NCBI RefSeq assembly: GCF_001017655.1
Contig: NZ_CP010904.1
Location: 2,310,001 to 2,342,000 of the forward strand
Source of the DNA: Kiritimatiella glycovorans
Lineage (GTDB): Bacteria > Verrucomicrobiota > Kiritimatiellia > Kiritimatiellales > Kiritimatiellaceae
Direction: 5' to 3'
DNA: 32,000 bases
The translations under genes were made by a program, and so were the position numbers. The notes beneath the pieces were generated by a model. The model was not told the DNA's origin. It did not search any database and was given only the letters and a program-made list of their open reading frames with translations. Shown here in pieces: positions 17,169-26,528 of this stretch (its first letter is position 1; each line of letters opens with the position of its first letter).

Positions 17169-18265
17169 TACCACTTAAATATCCTTAAGCCGATTGTAAA
17201 AAGCACCAATCCCAATGAGGTTAAAATAATGGTGCCCGGTAGAACCTGGACTACACCGGCCCCTTCAATAAACACACTGCGTATGTTATCGGCCAGTATG
17301 GTAAGCGGCAAAAGTTCAATTATTTTCACGATTGAATCGGGAAAGTTATGGTAGCTAAAGAAAATTCCCGACAAAATGGTCATGGGCAGACTAATAACAT
17401 TGATTAACCCGGTGCCAACGCGTGAATTGGATGTTCTTGATGAAATTAGAACGCCAATGCCGGTAAATGCCAGGTTTCCGGCCAGGAAAATGAGGAAAAA
17501 AGCGACCCAGCTACCTTCCAGTTTAATATCGAAAAAATATTTGGAGAAGCCGATCAAAATAAAAGCCTCCACAAACGCCAGGCTGATGCGGGCAAAAAAG
17601 TGCGAAATGAGAAAATGTGATTTTTTCATCGGTGTTGCCACCAGTCGGCGCATGAGTTTTTTCACGCGCATATCAATCAGTGCATAGCTAATACCCCATA
17701 AAAAAGAATTCATAACACCCAGCGCAAGCAATCCCGGCACCAAAAAATCGATATAGCGCGTTCCCACCGTGGTAAGCGGCCGGATTTCGGCCATGGTATG
17801 CCTGGTTTGCTTATTTTCAATGCCTGCGTTTAATACCAAATACGCCAGTTTGGCTTCGCTGTTATGCGGGTCGAATATATAAATGAGTGAATCGGGTTTC
17901 TCTTTAAGGGTTAGTTGCGATTTGCCCTGTTTTAGCATCTGCACGGCACCGGCCGAATCAGTCGGGTAGAAATGAAAGGTGGATGCGCCCAGCTCTTCAT
18001 TATCCAGTTTTTTGGCAAAAAAGGTATTGCCTTCTTCATTGGTTTGTGTCGATGCGGATTCCAAAAATTCCTGGAAAGTATTATTGGTTGTATGTTGGCT
18101 TTCAATCAGTGCAATGGAGGTGGGTAAATCGCTGTTGCCGGTAAAGGCCATGCCCAAACCCCAGGCCATGAGAATGGGGAATATAATGGTCCAGAACACA
18201 ATACCGGGTTCCCGGATAAATTCCTTGTATCGGATGGCAATAAGTTTTAATAGCGGATGTCTCAC
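17165..18265 (-). CDS. ABC-2 type exporter permease
   Basis: 366 aa. N-terminal TM, large loop, five C-terminal TM helices. Preceded on the same strand by the ABC ATPase remnant. Confidence 0.8.
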   Translation of the reverse strand: MRHPLLKLIAIRYKEFIREPGIVFWTIIFPILMAWGLGMAFTGNSDLPTSIALIESQHTTNNTFQEFLESASTQTNEEGNTFFAKKLDNEELGASTFHFYPTDSAGAVQMLKQGKSQLTLKEKPDSLIYIFDPHNSEAKLAYLVLNAGIENKQTRHTMAEIRPLTTVGTRYIDFLVPGLLALGVMNSFLWGISYALIDMRVKKLMRRLVATPMKKSHFLISHFFARISLAFVEAFILIGFSKYFFDIKLEGSWVAFFLIFLAGNLAFTGIGVLISSRTSNSRVGTGLINVISLPMTILSGIFFSYHNFPDSIVKIIELLPLTILADNIRSVFIEGAGVVQVLPGTIILTSLGLVLFTIGLRIFKWY

Positions 18266-18308
18266 AATTGATTTGATTTCCAGGTTTAAATATAATTTGT
18301 TGTTTTAC

Positions 18309-18435
18309 TAGTCACTTAGCTTTCGTCCGGTCATGGATACAAATAAGTCGTCCAGGGTCATTTTTCGGCATTCGAAAGACCGCAGCTCATAATTGGCCCT
18401 TAGCTCATGGAGCACATTGGGAATAGCTGATACAA
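18309..18435 (-). pseudogene. C-terminal remnant of ABC transporter ATP-binding protein, truncated by IS91 copy 3
   Basis: The minus strand translates ...IVSAIPNVLHELRANYELRSFECRKMTLDDLFVSMTGRKLSD*. The frame is open up to the junction with GC-rich IS DNA at 18435/18436. Confidence 0.7.
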
Positions 18436-18548
18436 TCGACTGCGGCGACCTCGAACGCGGCTTCGCCCGCGTACGCTGCGATCACTGCAAGCACGAGTAC
18501 CTGTTGGCGTTCTCCTGCAAGGGGCGCTGGTTCTGCCCGTCGTGCCAC

Positions 18549-18581
18549 CTGCCTGCGCCGAAGCGGCTTCGGCAGGCAGGC
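18549..18581 (+). repeat. 33-nt in-frame palindromic mini-insert in transposase copy 3
   Basis: Identical to 1187..1219 and 10741..10773. Confidence 0.8.
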
Positions 18582-19157
18582 CAGAAGAAAGTCGAGCTCT
18601 TTGGCGCGCTCCTGTCCGAGGCGGTCCTCTTTCCCGTCCCGCACCGGCATTTCACCTTCGGCATCCCGAAGATGCTGCGCCCCTATTTCCGTCACAACCG
18701 CGACCTGCTCAAGGACCTGTGCCGTCTGGCGCACGAGTGCCTGCTCGAATACCTGCGCACCACGCTCAATCTAACCGAGGGCCTGCCCGGCATCGTCATG
18801 GCGATCCACACCTTCGGCGAATACCTGGACTTCCACCCGCACCTGCACGCACTCGTTGCCGACGGCCTGTTCGTGCGCTCGGGCCTGTTCTATGTCCTGC
18901 CCGATGTCAGCCTCAAGCCGCTGGAGGAATTGTTCCGGGCTCGGGTCATCACGTTTCTGGTGGACAAGGGGCTTCTGCCGCCCGAGCGGGCGAACATGCT
19001 GCGCGGCTGGGTCCATTCCGGCTTCAACGTGCACCGCAGCCGACGCGTGCTGCCCGACGAGCGTGAGGATCTGGAGCGCCTCGCCCAGTACATCATCCGC
19101 AACCCTTTCGCCGTCGAAAAGATACAGGTTGCCGAGCCCAACCCATCCAACCCAGAC

Positions 19158-19187
19158 CTGTCTGCGTGCGGACACGCACAGGCAGAC
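19158..19187 (+). repeat. second, 30-nt in-frame palindromic mini-insert, unique to copy 3
   Basis: CTGTCTGCGTGCGGACACGCACAGGCAGAC, flanked by GAC on both sides. Adds LSACGHAQAD relative to copy 2 (NPDGS). Shares the termini CTGYCTGCG...CAGGCAGRC with the 33-nt insert. Confidence 0.75.
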
Positions 19188-19951
19188 GGCTCGATCATCT
19201 ACCGCTCCGGGCTCAACCCGAAGATACAGCGCAACTTCGAGGTCTTCAGCCCGTGCGACTTCATAGCGGCCATCACACAACACATCCCCGACAAGAGTTT
19301 CCAGCTTGTCCGCTACTACGGGTGGTACAGCAACAAGATGCGCGGCCAGCGCGACAAACAGGCCGCCGAAGAGGCAAAGGCGCCAGGCCAGGCCGTGCAG
19401 ATCATCGATGTATCCGACCACAAGCCGCGACGCATCCCGTCACCGAAATGGCGCGAACTCATCAAGAAAGTCTGGGAAGCCGATCCGCTGCTGTGTCCGA
19501 AATGCCAGAAAGAGATGCGTATCGTTTCTCTGATCGACGACCGGGCGGTGATCGAGCGCATCCTCCGCCACCTGGGCCTCTGGGAACAGGGTGTGCGCGT
19601 CCTACCGGCGAGGGCGCCGCCTGAAGTTGCCGACCGGGTCATCGAGCCCTGTTTCGATGACCCATTCCCGGATTACGACACCGAACCGGTGATGATGTAC
19701 GCGAACGGCTGAGTCATCGCGACAGGTGCGGTGCGTCCCCGAACACCGCCGTATGCGTTTCATCGGGCCGTTTTGCCGTCACGAGGCTGTTCCATCCACG
19801 GCTTGATCGCGTTCGCAGCCCGTTTTTGCACCGACTGCACCGACTTGACCGATCCTGCCTCGGTTTGCTAACTTTCCCGACATGAAAACGCTCCTTCAGA
19901 CCGGTTCCAGCGGGCGGGTGTCCGTGCCGCCTGAAAAGCGATTTCTTATCA

Positions 19952-20323
19952 ATATACAATTCGACCGAAACTTGCCCCGAAAAATTCCTGCTTTGGTTTC
20001 ACCATTTGCCTTGGGATTACAAAATGAATTCGGGCCGCACACTTTGGGATGAAATGGTATATAAATATTACACTGGCGCCGATTCAGTTGTTTGGATGCA
20101 AGAAAAATGGAACAGCGTTGAAAGACACATCGATTTTGAAAGGTTCAACCATGTGAAACAATTGCTCGAAATGCAAAGGCAGGATGCCATTGAATGGCGA
20201 AACTCATGCGTTTTGTACTTCCAACAATTCTCAATAATGCCTATTCCTTCGGAATTTGAAAAACCAGAAAAACCGTTGGAATACTACCAAAACAAGAAAA
20301 GATTATTTGTGCCGGGTATATAA
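19952..20323 (+). pseudogene. C-terminal fragment of GH67 alpha-glucuronidase, 5'-truncated at the IS91 end
   Basis: The frame is open from the junction: IYNSTETCPEKFLLWFHHLPWDYKMNSGRTLWDEM...WRNSCVLYFQQFS, which matches the GH67 C-terminal domain as I remember it. Confidence 0.75.
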
Positions 20324-20369
20324 TTCCGGCATAAACCAATAAATAGTTTAGTAGTTTAGAAAATATAAG

Positions 20370-21197
20370 ATGAGTTATTTAGATCAGTTTTTTGGTTTAA
20401 GCGGCAAAGTAGCCGTTATAACCGGTGGCGGCGGTGTGCTTGCCTACGAAATAGGAAGCGGCTTATCGCAAGCCGGAGTTAAAATCGTTTTTCTCGATAT
20501 TAACGAAGAAGCGGCACAAGCAGCAGCGACACGCATAAACGAAAAAGGCGGCGATGCCATTGGGCTAAAAACCAATGTACTCGACCTCGACGCACTGAAA
20601 GTTACCCGCGATGAGGTATTGGCCAAATACGGGAAAGTTGACATTCTGCTAAATGCTGCAGGAGGCAACATGCCGGGCGCAACCATCTCGCCTGAGCAAA
20701 CCGTTTTCGACCTCAACATCAGCGACCTCGACAAAGTTACCAGCCTCAATTTTAATGGTACTGTTTTACCTTCGATGGTTTTTGGCGAAGTAATGGCAAA
20801 GCAACAATCGGGCAATATCATCAACTTTTCGTCGATGGCTGCCATGCAGTCGATTACACGTGTACTGGGCTACTCAACTGCAAAAGCAGCTGTTTCGAAC
20901 TTTACAGCGTGGATGGCCATGGAAATGGCCATGAAATTTGGAGGAACCGTTAGGGTAAATGCCATTGCCCCAGGCTTCTTTATTGGCAACCAAAACCGTG
21001 CACTGCTCACCAACCCCGACGGCAGTTATACCGATCGAGGCAATAAGGTAATCAACAAAACCCCTATGGGGCGCTTTGGCGAAGCACGTGAGTTGGTTGG
21101 CGCTATTATGTTCCTTGCCAGCGATAGCGCAGCATCGTTTGTTACCGGCATTGTGTTACCTATCGATGGTGGTTTCAGCACTTTCAGCGGTGTTTAG
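20370..21197 (+). CDS. SDR-family oxidoreductase (Bacteroidota-type D-mannonate/fructuronate reductase-like)
   Basis: GKVAVITGGGGVLAYE (TGxxxG), YSTAKAA catalytic motif. Located immediately upstream of uxuA. Confidence 0.8.
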   Translation: MSYLDQFFGLSGKVAVITGGGGVLAYEIGSGLSQAGVKIVFLDINEEAAQAAATRINEKGGDAIGLKTNVLDLDALKVTRDEVLAKYGKVDILLNAAGGNMPGATISPEQTVFDLNISDLDKVTSLNFNGTVLPSMVFGEVMAKQQSGNIINFSSMAAMQSITRVLGYSTAKAAVSNFTAWMAMEMAMKFGGTVRVNAIAPGFFIGNQNRALLTNPDGSYTDRGNKVINKTPMGRFGEARELVGAIMFLASDSAASFVTGIVLPIDGGFSTFSGV

Positions 21198-21279
21198 TCT
21201 CCCCAACCCCATAGCTTTTGTGCTAAAAGCGACTGGCAAACTACCATTTTAAAACTTTGTACTTTACACAAGCAAAAAA

Positions 21280-22524
21280 ATGAACAATTTTAACAATAAT
21301 GCAGCTTACTCCTCCCCCTCTGGGGGGGCGGGGAATTATTCTTTCCTTTACTCATGGCGTTGGTTTGGCCCAACCGACCGTATTACATTAAACCAAATAC
21401 GGCAAACCGGAGCCAGTGGCATTGTAAATGCCTTACACCAAATACCAGTAGGCGATGTATGGACAAAAGAAGCCATTTTGAAACGAAAAAAAATGATCGA
21501 AGACGCAGGGCTTACTTGGATTGTTGTTGAAAGTCTGCCTGTTAGCGAAGACATTAAAAAGAAAAGTGGTAATTACCTTCAACATATCGAAAACTACAAA
21601 CACTCGCTGCGTAACCTTTCGGAATGTGGCATCAAAACGGTTTGCTACAATTTTATGCCTATTTTGGACTGGTCGCGCACCAACCTGAAACATATCTTCG
21701 ACGACGGAACCTACACTTCGGGTTTTCAATATCATATTTTTGCAGCCTTCGATCTTTTTATACTTCAACGCGAAGGAGCAAAAAATGACTACCCTGAAGA
21801 AGTGGTTAAAAAAGCACAAGATTACCTGTATAACCTTCCAAAGGAAAAAGTTAAGGAGCTACAAGACACCATTCTTTATGGTCTTCCAGGATCGATGGAA
21901 ACATACACCCCCGAAGCATTTAAAGAAATGTTGAAAAGCTACGAGGGCATTGACCGGACGATGTTAAAAGAACATCTAAGCTACTTTTTGAACGAAATTG
22001 TACCTGTTGCCGAAGAAGTGGGGATAAAAATGGCTGTACACCCCGATGATCCACCATGGAACCTGCTTGGTTTACCACGAATTGTTAGCACTTGCGACGA
22101 TTTGAAAGAAATTGTAAATATGATCGACTCACCATCGAACGGTATTACATTATGTACCGGTTCATTAGGCGTTGGACATTTTAACGACCTTACAAAAATT
22201 GCTGCCGAATTGGCTCCGCACATCCATTTTGTGCATCTGCGGAATGTTGTTCGCGACAGTAGCCTCAACTTTCAGGAAGAAACATTTTTTGAAGGCGATA
22301 TCGATATGATTGGTGTTGTAAAAGTTCTGGTAAAAGAAATGCAACACCGCCATGCACAAACCGGCGAACATGTTCAGTTGCCTGTTCGACCTGACCATGG
22401 CCACCAAATACTCGACGATGTTGGTAAAGAAAATTACCCGGGATACAGCCTTTACGGCAGGATGAAAAACCTGGCCGAAATAAAAGGCCTTACCATAGGA
22501 ATAATGAATATGATGAAAGGGTAA
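21280..22524 (+). CDS. uxuA: mannonate dehydratase
   Basis: WRWFGPTDRITLNQIRQTGASGIVNALHQIPVGDVWTKEAILKRKKMIEDAGLTWIVVESLPVSEDIKK is collinear with UxuA. The N-terminal ~25 aa may be an over-extension. Confidence 0.9.
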   Translation: MNNFNNNAAYSSPSGGAGNYSFLYSWRWFGPTDRITLNQIRQTGASGIVNALHQIPVGDVWTKEAILKRKKMIEDAGLTWIVVESLPVSEDIKKKSGNYLQHIENYKHSLRNLSECGIKTVCYNFMPILDWSRTNLKHIFDDGTYTSGFQYHIFAAFDLFILQREGAKNDYPEEVVKKAQDYLYNLPKEKVKELQDTILYGLPGSMETYTPEAFKEMLKSYEGIDRTMLKEHLSYFLNEIVPVAEEVGIKMAVHPDDPPWNLLGLPRIVSTCDDLKEIVNMIDSPSNGITLCTGSLGVGHFNDLTKIAAELAPHIHFVHLRNVVRDSSLNFQEETFFEGDIDMIGVVKVLVKEMQHRHAQTGEHVQLPVRPDHGHQILDDVGKENYPGYSLYGRMKNLAEIKGLTIGIMNMMKG

Positions 22525-22548
22525 GCATAAGCTTACCTTTTCTTTTTT
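22520..22548 (+). terminator. rho-independent terminator overlapping the uxuA stop
   Basis: GGTAAGC ataa GCTTACC followed by TTTTCTTTTTT. Confidence 0.8.
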
Positions 22549-22620
22549 GACAATATTTTCAATAACCCCTTAATAATGTATGATTAAAACTCGATTCATA
22601 TTTTTGTATATTTGTAAAAA

Positions 22621-22842
22621 ATGACACAAATGGCAACATATACTTTAACAATTGACGAAAAATCAAAAAAAGGGAAAAGCTTACTTAACCTCATAAAAGC
22701 AATGAACGAGGTAGTTCATATTGAACCAACAACCATCACGCAAGAATCACAGAGCCCTTACAATCAATCCTTTGTTAAGGAAATTCAGGAATCAAGAAAA
22801 AGCAAAGGTAAAGTCATCAAGACTGAAGATTTATGGAAGTAG
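22621..22842 (+). CDS. small putative antitoxin-like protein
   Basis: 73 aa. The C-terminal SPYNQSFVKEIQESRKSKGKVIKTEDLWK resembles Bacteroidota TA antitoxin tails. An overlapping downstream ORF start (ATG 22832, MEVVYKEN...) breaks off after about 10-15 codons. Confidence 0.45.
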   Translation: MTQMATYTLTIDEKSKKGKSLLNLIKAMNEVVHIEPTTITQESQSPYNQSFVKEIQESRKSKGKVIKTEDLWK

Positions 22843-22881
22843 TTTACAAAGAAAATCGCAAGACAGCACTCCTTTCAGAAG

Positions 22882-22989
22882 TTGCTGCGCCGACTCCTCC
22901 GTGACGAACGCGGGAACGTCAGCATCGTTGTTGCCCTCAGCATGATGACCATCATCTTCTTCGTGGCGCTCGTCTTCGATCTCGGATTC
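22882..22989 (+). pseudogene. N-terminal fragment of a TadE/TadG-like pilus-assembly protein (GC-rich ~110-bp piece)
   Basis: LLRRLLRDERGNVSIVVALSMMTIIFFVALVFDLG matches the TadG-like N-terminal signature. The right boundary is approximate. Confidence 0.5.
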
Positions 22990-23331
22990 CTCACCTGGGT
23001 TCCGTCGAAGATAACAGCTTTTCTTATCAGCTTATCTTTCGGTTTTTCACCTTATGCTTTAGGAGCATGGCGCTGGACAGGAAAGCAGTTGCTCAAGGGT
23101 CCTGAATTAAACGGCGACACAGCGGAGCCGGCTATGGCCGCAGGGCTTGGTGTTAGGCTGGGAGGAATGAACTTTTATAAAGGTGTTCCGATTAAGAAAG
23201 CGCAGATTGGCGATGAAATCGAGCTGTTATCTATCCGGCATATTTATCAAAGCATCCGGGTGTCGTATGCAAGCGCAATCCTCATGTTGTTGGTTTCGAT
23301 TTTTATTGCAGGAAGGGATATGATTTTATGA
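22990..23331 (+). pseudogene. C-terminal fragment of cobalamin biosynthesis protein CbiB/CobD
   Basis: ...LTWVPSKITAFLISL...NGDTAEPAMAAGLGVRLGGMNFYKGVPIKKAQIGD... matches the CbiB C-terminus. It is fused in-frame to the TadG-like piece, so the 149-aa ORF is chimeric. Confidence 0.6.
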
Positions 23332-23427
23332 AAGTTGTAGGACTTTGGAGCGGCGGCAAAGACAGTTTTTATGCCTGTCATCTGGCAAGGAAATCCGGTC
23401 ATGAGATTGTCGCGTTATTCAACTTTG
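23328..23427 (+). pseudogene. N-terminal fragment of a PP-loop ATPase (Dph6/MJ0570-like)
   Basis: MKVVGLWSGGKDSFYACHLARKSGHEIVAL with an SGGKDS PP-loop. ATGA overlap with the cbiB fragment. Similarity is lost after about 33 codons. Confidence 0.5.
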
Positions 23428-23546
23428 ACGAGTTTCAGGATGATCTGGATCAAGGTCCAAATCGTGACTCAGGTTATGTGTATGGCCCCCGGTTGCCGCG
23501 TACCGTTTATCTGACGGCTAACGTGGCGTTCTAAGTGATTCATTTG

Positions 23547-23578
23547 CCTCGCCACCTTCGGGTGGCGGGGATTTCTTT
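23547..23578 (+). terminator. rho-independent terminator (10-bp stem, UUCG loop)
   Basis: CCTCGCCACC ttcg GGTGGCGGGG followed by ATTTCTTT. Confidence 0.7.
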
Positions 23579-23616
23579 AAATAATAAAATGTGCTTCCGA
23601 ACTCTTTAGGAAAAAA

Positions 23617-23811
23617 ATGCGAACAAAACAGATACTTCATGCCGGAGCCGGATTTGCTTTTTCTCTGGCGCTCATTGTTCATGCGCAGCCCGCTACGTTA
23701 AATTTTGCGCCCATGGAGGAAGCATTGCCTATAAACTTTATCCGTTCACACGAAATTTGCGGCAACAATCCTATCCGTCTGGCGTTATTCCTTCTGATAA
23801 AGCCAACTTAT
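23617..23811 (+). pseudogene. 5' fragment of a gene for a secreted protein, cut by the IS66-like element
   Basis: Signal-peptide-like MRTKQILHAGAGFAFSLALIVHAQP. The frame runs into the IS left end at 23812. Confidence 0.35.
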
Positions 23812-23944
23812 TGTGTAACTACTCAGGTAGCCCCACCATGGCGCTACCACTGAAACAATCGTAGTCTACCCCCCCCCGAGCGCAACAGGAAAAAGTCGCG
23901 GTTTCTGCTGGACTCGGATCGCGTGGTCTTCTACGCTGCTGACC

Positions 23945-24856
23945 ATGGCACAGGCTATGGTCATTCAGGGGCGGAGAATCACGGACGGCGAGATCGCCTT
24001 GATCCGGGATTTGATGGCGAAGAACCAGGACTGGGGCCGTACCCGCCTGAGCGAAGAACTGTGCCGCTGCTGGAACTGGCGCAACGCGCAGGGCCGTATC
24101 AAGGACATGGCGGCGCGCTCCCTGCTGTTGAAGCTGGAGCGACGCGGATGCATCGAGTTGCCGGCGCGTCAACGCCCGTCTTCCAATCATTTCCGCAACC
24201 GGTGCGTGCCTGCCGTAGAACCTGCCGCCGAACCGATTCGCTCTGACCTGAGCGCATTGCGGCCCCTGTCGGCAGACCTTGTCGCCCCACGTTCGGATAA
24301 CTCGCAGTTGTTCAAAGGGCTGCTGGGCCGATACCACTACTTGGGCCATCGCAACACGGTGGGCGAGAACCTGCGCTATCTGATCCGCGACCGGCACGGT
24401 CGGCTCGTGGCCTGTGCGCTGTTCGGTTCGGCGGCATGGAAATGCGCGGATCGGGATCGTTTCCTCGGCTGGGATCGGGCCTGCCGTGAACGCAATCTCC
24501 AGGCATTGACCAACAATACGCGTTTCCTGATCCTGCCCTGGGTCGAAGTCCCGCATCTGGCCAGCCACGTCCTCGGCCTCATTGCCCGGCGCATCCGGGA
24601 TGACTGGCAGGGCAAGTACGCTCATCCCGTGCATGCCTTGGAAACGTTCGTGGACCGTTCCCGATTCAAAGGCACCTGCTACCGGGCCGCGAACTGGATG
24701 CGCCTGGGCGCAACGCAGGGGCGGACCCGCAACGATCGAGACCGCCGCATCCAGGCGCCGGTCAAGGACGTGTATCTGTATCCGCTTATCCCGGAGTTCC
24801 GGCGGGAGTTGTGCGCACCCGCCTGCTCCCGAACCGAAGGGAGGGCGGGCAGGTGA
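23945..24856 (+). CDS. DUF4338-like protein (family also seen as DruA in Druantia type I, from memory)
   Basis: 303 aa. LLGRYHYLGHRNTVGENLRYLIRDRHGRLVACALFGSAAW...TNNTRFLILPWV...FKGTCYRAANW. The stop TGA overlaps the transposase ATG (TGATG at 24854..24858). Confidence 0.6.
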   Translation: MAQAMVIQGRRITDGEIALIRDLMAKNQDWGRTRLSEELCRCWNWRNAQGRIKDMAARSLLLKLERRGCIELPARQRPSSNHFRNRCVPAVEPAAEPIRSDLSALRPLSADLVAPRSDNSQLFKGLLGRYHYLGHRNTVGENLRYLIRDRHGRLVACALFGSAAWKCADRDRFLGWDRACRERNLQALTNNTRFLILPWVEVPHLASHVLGLIARRIRDDWQGKYAHPVHALETFVDRSRFKGTCYRAANWMRLGATQGRTRNDRDRRIQAPVKDVYLYPLIPEFRRELCAPACSRTEGRAGR

Positions 24857-26295
24857 TGACACGCCAAGAGGCCGAAGCGATCTACGACGCCGGCAAGGAA
24901 ACCGTCGTGCGGGTACTGTTGATGATGGATGCGCGCATCCGTGCTCTGGAAGAACGCGTTCAGTCTCTTGAGAACCAACTCGCCAAAAACTCGCGCAACA
25001 GCAGCAAACCGCCCTCCAGCGACGGCTTCAAGAAACCTGCGCCCAAAAGCCTGCGCAAGAAGGGCAAGCGCAAGTCCGGCGGCCAGCCCGGCCATACCGG
25101 CCATACGCTCGCGATGGCCGACAAGCCCGAGCACACCGAAGTGCACCGTGTGAAGGAATGCGAACACTGCGGCCGCTCTCTAGCCGATCAATCCGTCGAG
25201 GGCATCGAAAAGCGTCAAGTCCATGACCTGCCACCCCTGCGGCTGATCGTCACCGAGCACCAGGCTGAAACCAAAACCTGCGCTTGCGGCCATCTGAACA
25301 AAGCCGCGTTCCCCGAAGGGGTCAACGCTCCCGTGCAATACGGCGAGGGGATCAAGGCTGCGGCCGTGTACCTGAAGAACTATCAGTTCCTGCCCTATGA
25401 CCGAACCTGCGAACTGCTGAATGACTTCTTCGGCTGCCCGATGAGCGAAGGCACGCTCTGCAATATCATCACCCAATCCCACACGTTGGCCGCCGACCCC
25501 GTCGAGAAGATCAAGGAGTTGATCGAGCAGGCCGCCGTGGCACACTTCGACGAGACCGGCTCACGGGTAGACGGCAAGCTGTGGTGGCTGCATTCGGCCT
25601 CGACCGCACAGGCAACCTATTATGACATCCATCGCAAACGCGGCCGCGAAGCGATCGATGACATCGGCATCTTGCCCGACTTCCTCGGACGCGCCGTTCA
25701 CGACTTCTGGAAACCGTACTTCGGCTACGACTGCCTCCATGGCCTCTGCAACGCCCATCACCTGCGGGAACTGATCTTTGCGCATGAGCAGCACCAGCAG
25801 GACTGGGCCGACCACATGATCGACTGCCTGCTCGACATCAAAGAGGCCGTCGATCTCGCCAAACAGTCGACCGATCATCTTGACCGGCGGCAGCTACACA
25901 CCTTCGAAGTCCGCTACCAGCAAATCCTCGATGAAGGCTATGCCCAGAATCCGCTGCCGCCGTTGCCGCGCAACGCGAAGAAGCGACGGGGCCGCCGCAA
26001 GAAAACCAAAGCACGCAACCTGCTCGAACGGCTCGACGAGCACCGCGACGAAGCGCTCGCGTTCATGTACGACTTCAATGTGCCCTTCGACAACAATCAG
26101 GCCGAGCGCGATCTACGCATGATGAAGGTGCAGCAGAAAATCTCGGGCATGTTCCGAACCGAGGATGGCGCCAAAGCCTTCTGCCGCATTCGAAGCTACA
26201 TCTCAACCGCCCGCAAGAATGCCGTCGGCGCGATGGATGCGCTGACCCGCCTGTTCAGCGGAAACCCCTTCGTTCCGGCGCTCAATACCTCGTAG
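24856..26295 (+). CDS. IS66-family transposase
   Basis: Coiled-coil N-terminus, Zn-finger region (CEHCGRSL...KTCACGH), HFDETGSRVDGKLWWLH, CNAHHLREL, PFDNNQAERDLRMMKVQQKISG. ATG at 24856 is preferred over the upstream ORF-track start. Confidence 0.88.
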   Translation: MTRQEAEAIYDAGKETVVRVLLMMDARIRALEERVQSLENQLAKNSRNSSKPPSSDGFKKPAPKSLRKKGKRKSGGQPGHTGHTLAMADKPEHTEVHRVKECEHCGRSLADQSVEGIEKRQVHDLPPLRLIVTEHQAETKTCACGHLNKAAFPEGVNAPVQYGEGIKAAAVYLKNYQFLPYDRTCELLNDFFGCPMSEGTLCNIITQSHTLAADPVEKIKELIEQAAVAHFDETGSRVDGKLWWLHSASTAQATYYDIHRKRGREAIDDIGILPDFLGRAVHDFWKPYFGYDCLHGLCNAHHLRELIFAHEQHQQDWADHMIDCLLDIKEAVDLAKQSTDHLDRRQLHTFEVRYQQILDEGYAQNPLPPLPRNAKKRRGRRKKTKARNLLERLDEHRDEALAFMYDFNVPFDNNQAERDLRMMKVQQKISGMFRTEDGAKAFCRIRSYISTARKNAVGAMDALTRLFSGNPFVPALNTS

Positions 26296-26420
26296 CCTCT
26301 GCCGCGGATGAACGGACCTCGCCGATCCTACTCGCACTCGCCCCCTCGCAAATCCAGGCGGAGCCATCCCGACTTGCCGCCATCGTCTCGATCCCGTATA
26401 GCCCATCTGGAATCGGCTAA

Positions 26421-26492
26421 CGATAACGGGCGACGAGAACGGCTCACGAGTTGGAAGCGCCTATCGTCGACCGCTCTCGTCGCCCGTTATCG
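26421..26492. repeat. long subterminal hairpin inside the IS66-like element
   Basis: CGATAACGGGCGACGAGA (26421..26438) pairs with TCTCGTCGCCCGTTATCG (26475..26492). Extends by 3 more bp after one mismatch. 28-nt loop. Confidence 0.8.
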
Positions 26493-26528
26493 TCAACCGT
26501 CCTCTGGGAGAGGGGTACCTGAGTAGTC

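Larger units (their letters stand above)
18436..19712 (+). pseudogene. IS91-family transposase, N-terminally truncated
   Basis: DCGDLERGFARVRCDHCKHEYLLAFSCKGRWF... to ...EPVMMYANG. The ORF-track start at 18393 lies in unrelated AT-rich flank. Confidence 0.85.
18436..19951 (+). mobile_element. IS91-family element copy 3, 5'-truncated (no WYL gene, lacks first ~58 transposase codons), intact 3' terminus
   Basis: Homology to copy 2 begins at TCGACTGCGGCGACCT (18436). The tail 19713..19951 is identical to 11875..12113. Confidence 0.88.

Noticed and set aside
19714-19959. 81-aa minus-strand ORF in the IS91 tail
   Set aside because: It lies in the non-coding tail shared by copies 2 and 3, its start codon sits in the unrelated flank, and it is not preserved at copy 2.
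22520-22537. GGTAAGC...GCTTACC looked like IS66-type GTAAGC termini
   Set aside because: It is a 7-bp stem with a T-run right at the uxuA stop in AT-rich DNA. This is an ordinary intrinsic terminator, unrelated to the 74-bp repeat.
23819-24862. 347-aa minus-strand ORF
   Set aside because: It is antisense to the DUF4338-like gene, which has the conserved HYLG/TNNTRFLILPWV motifs and is coupled to the transposase.
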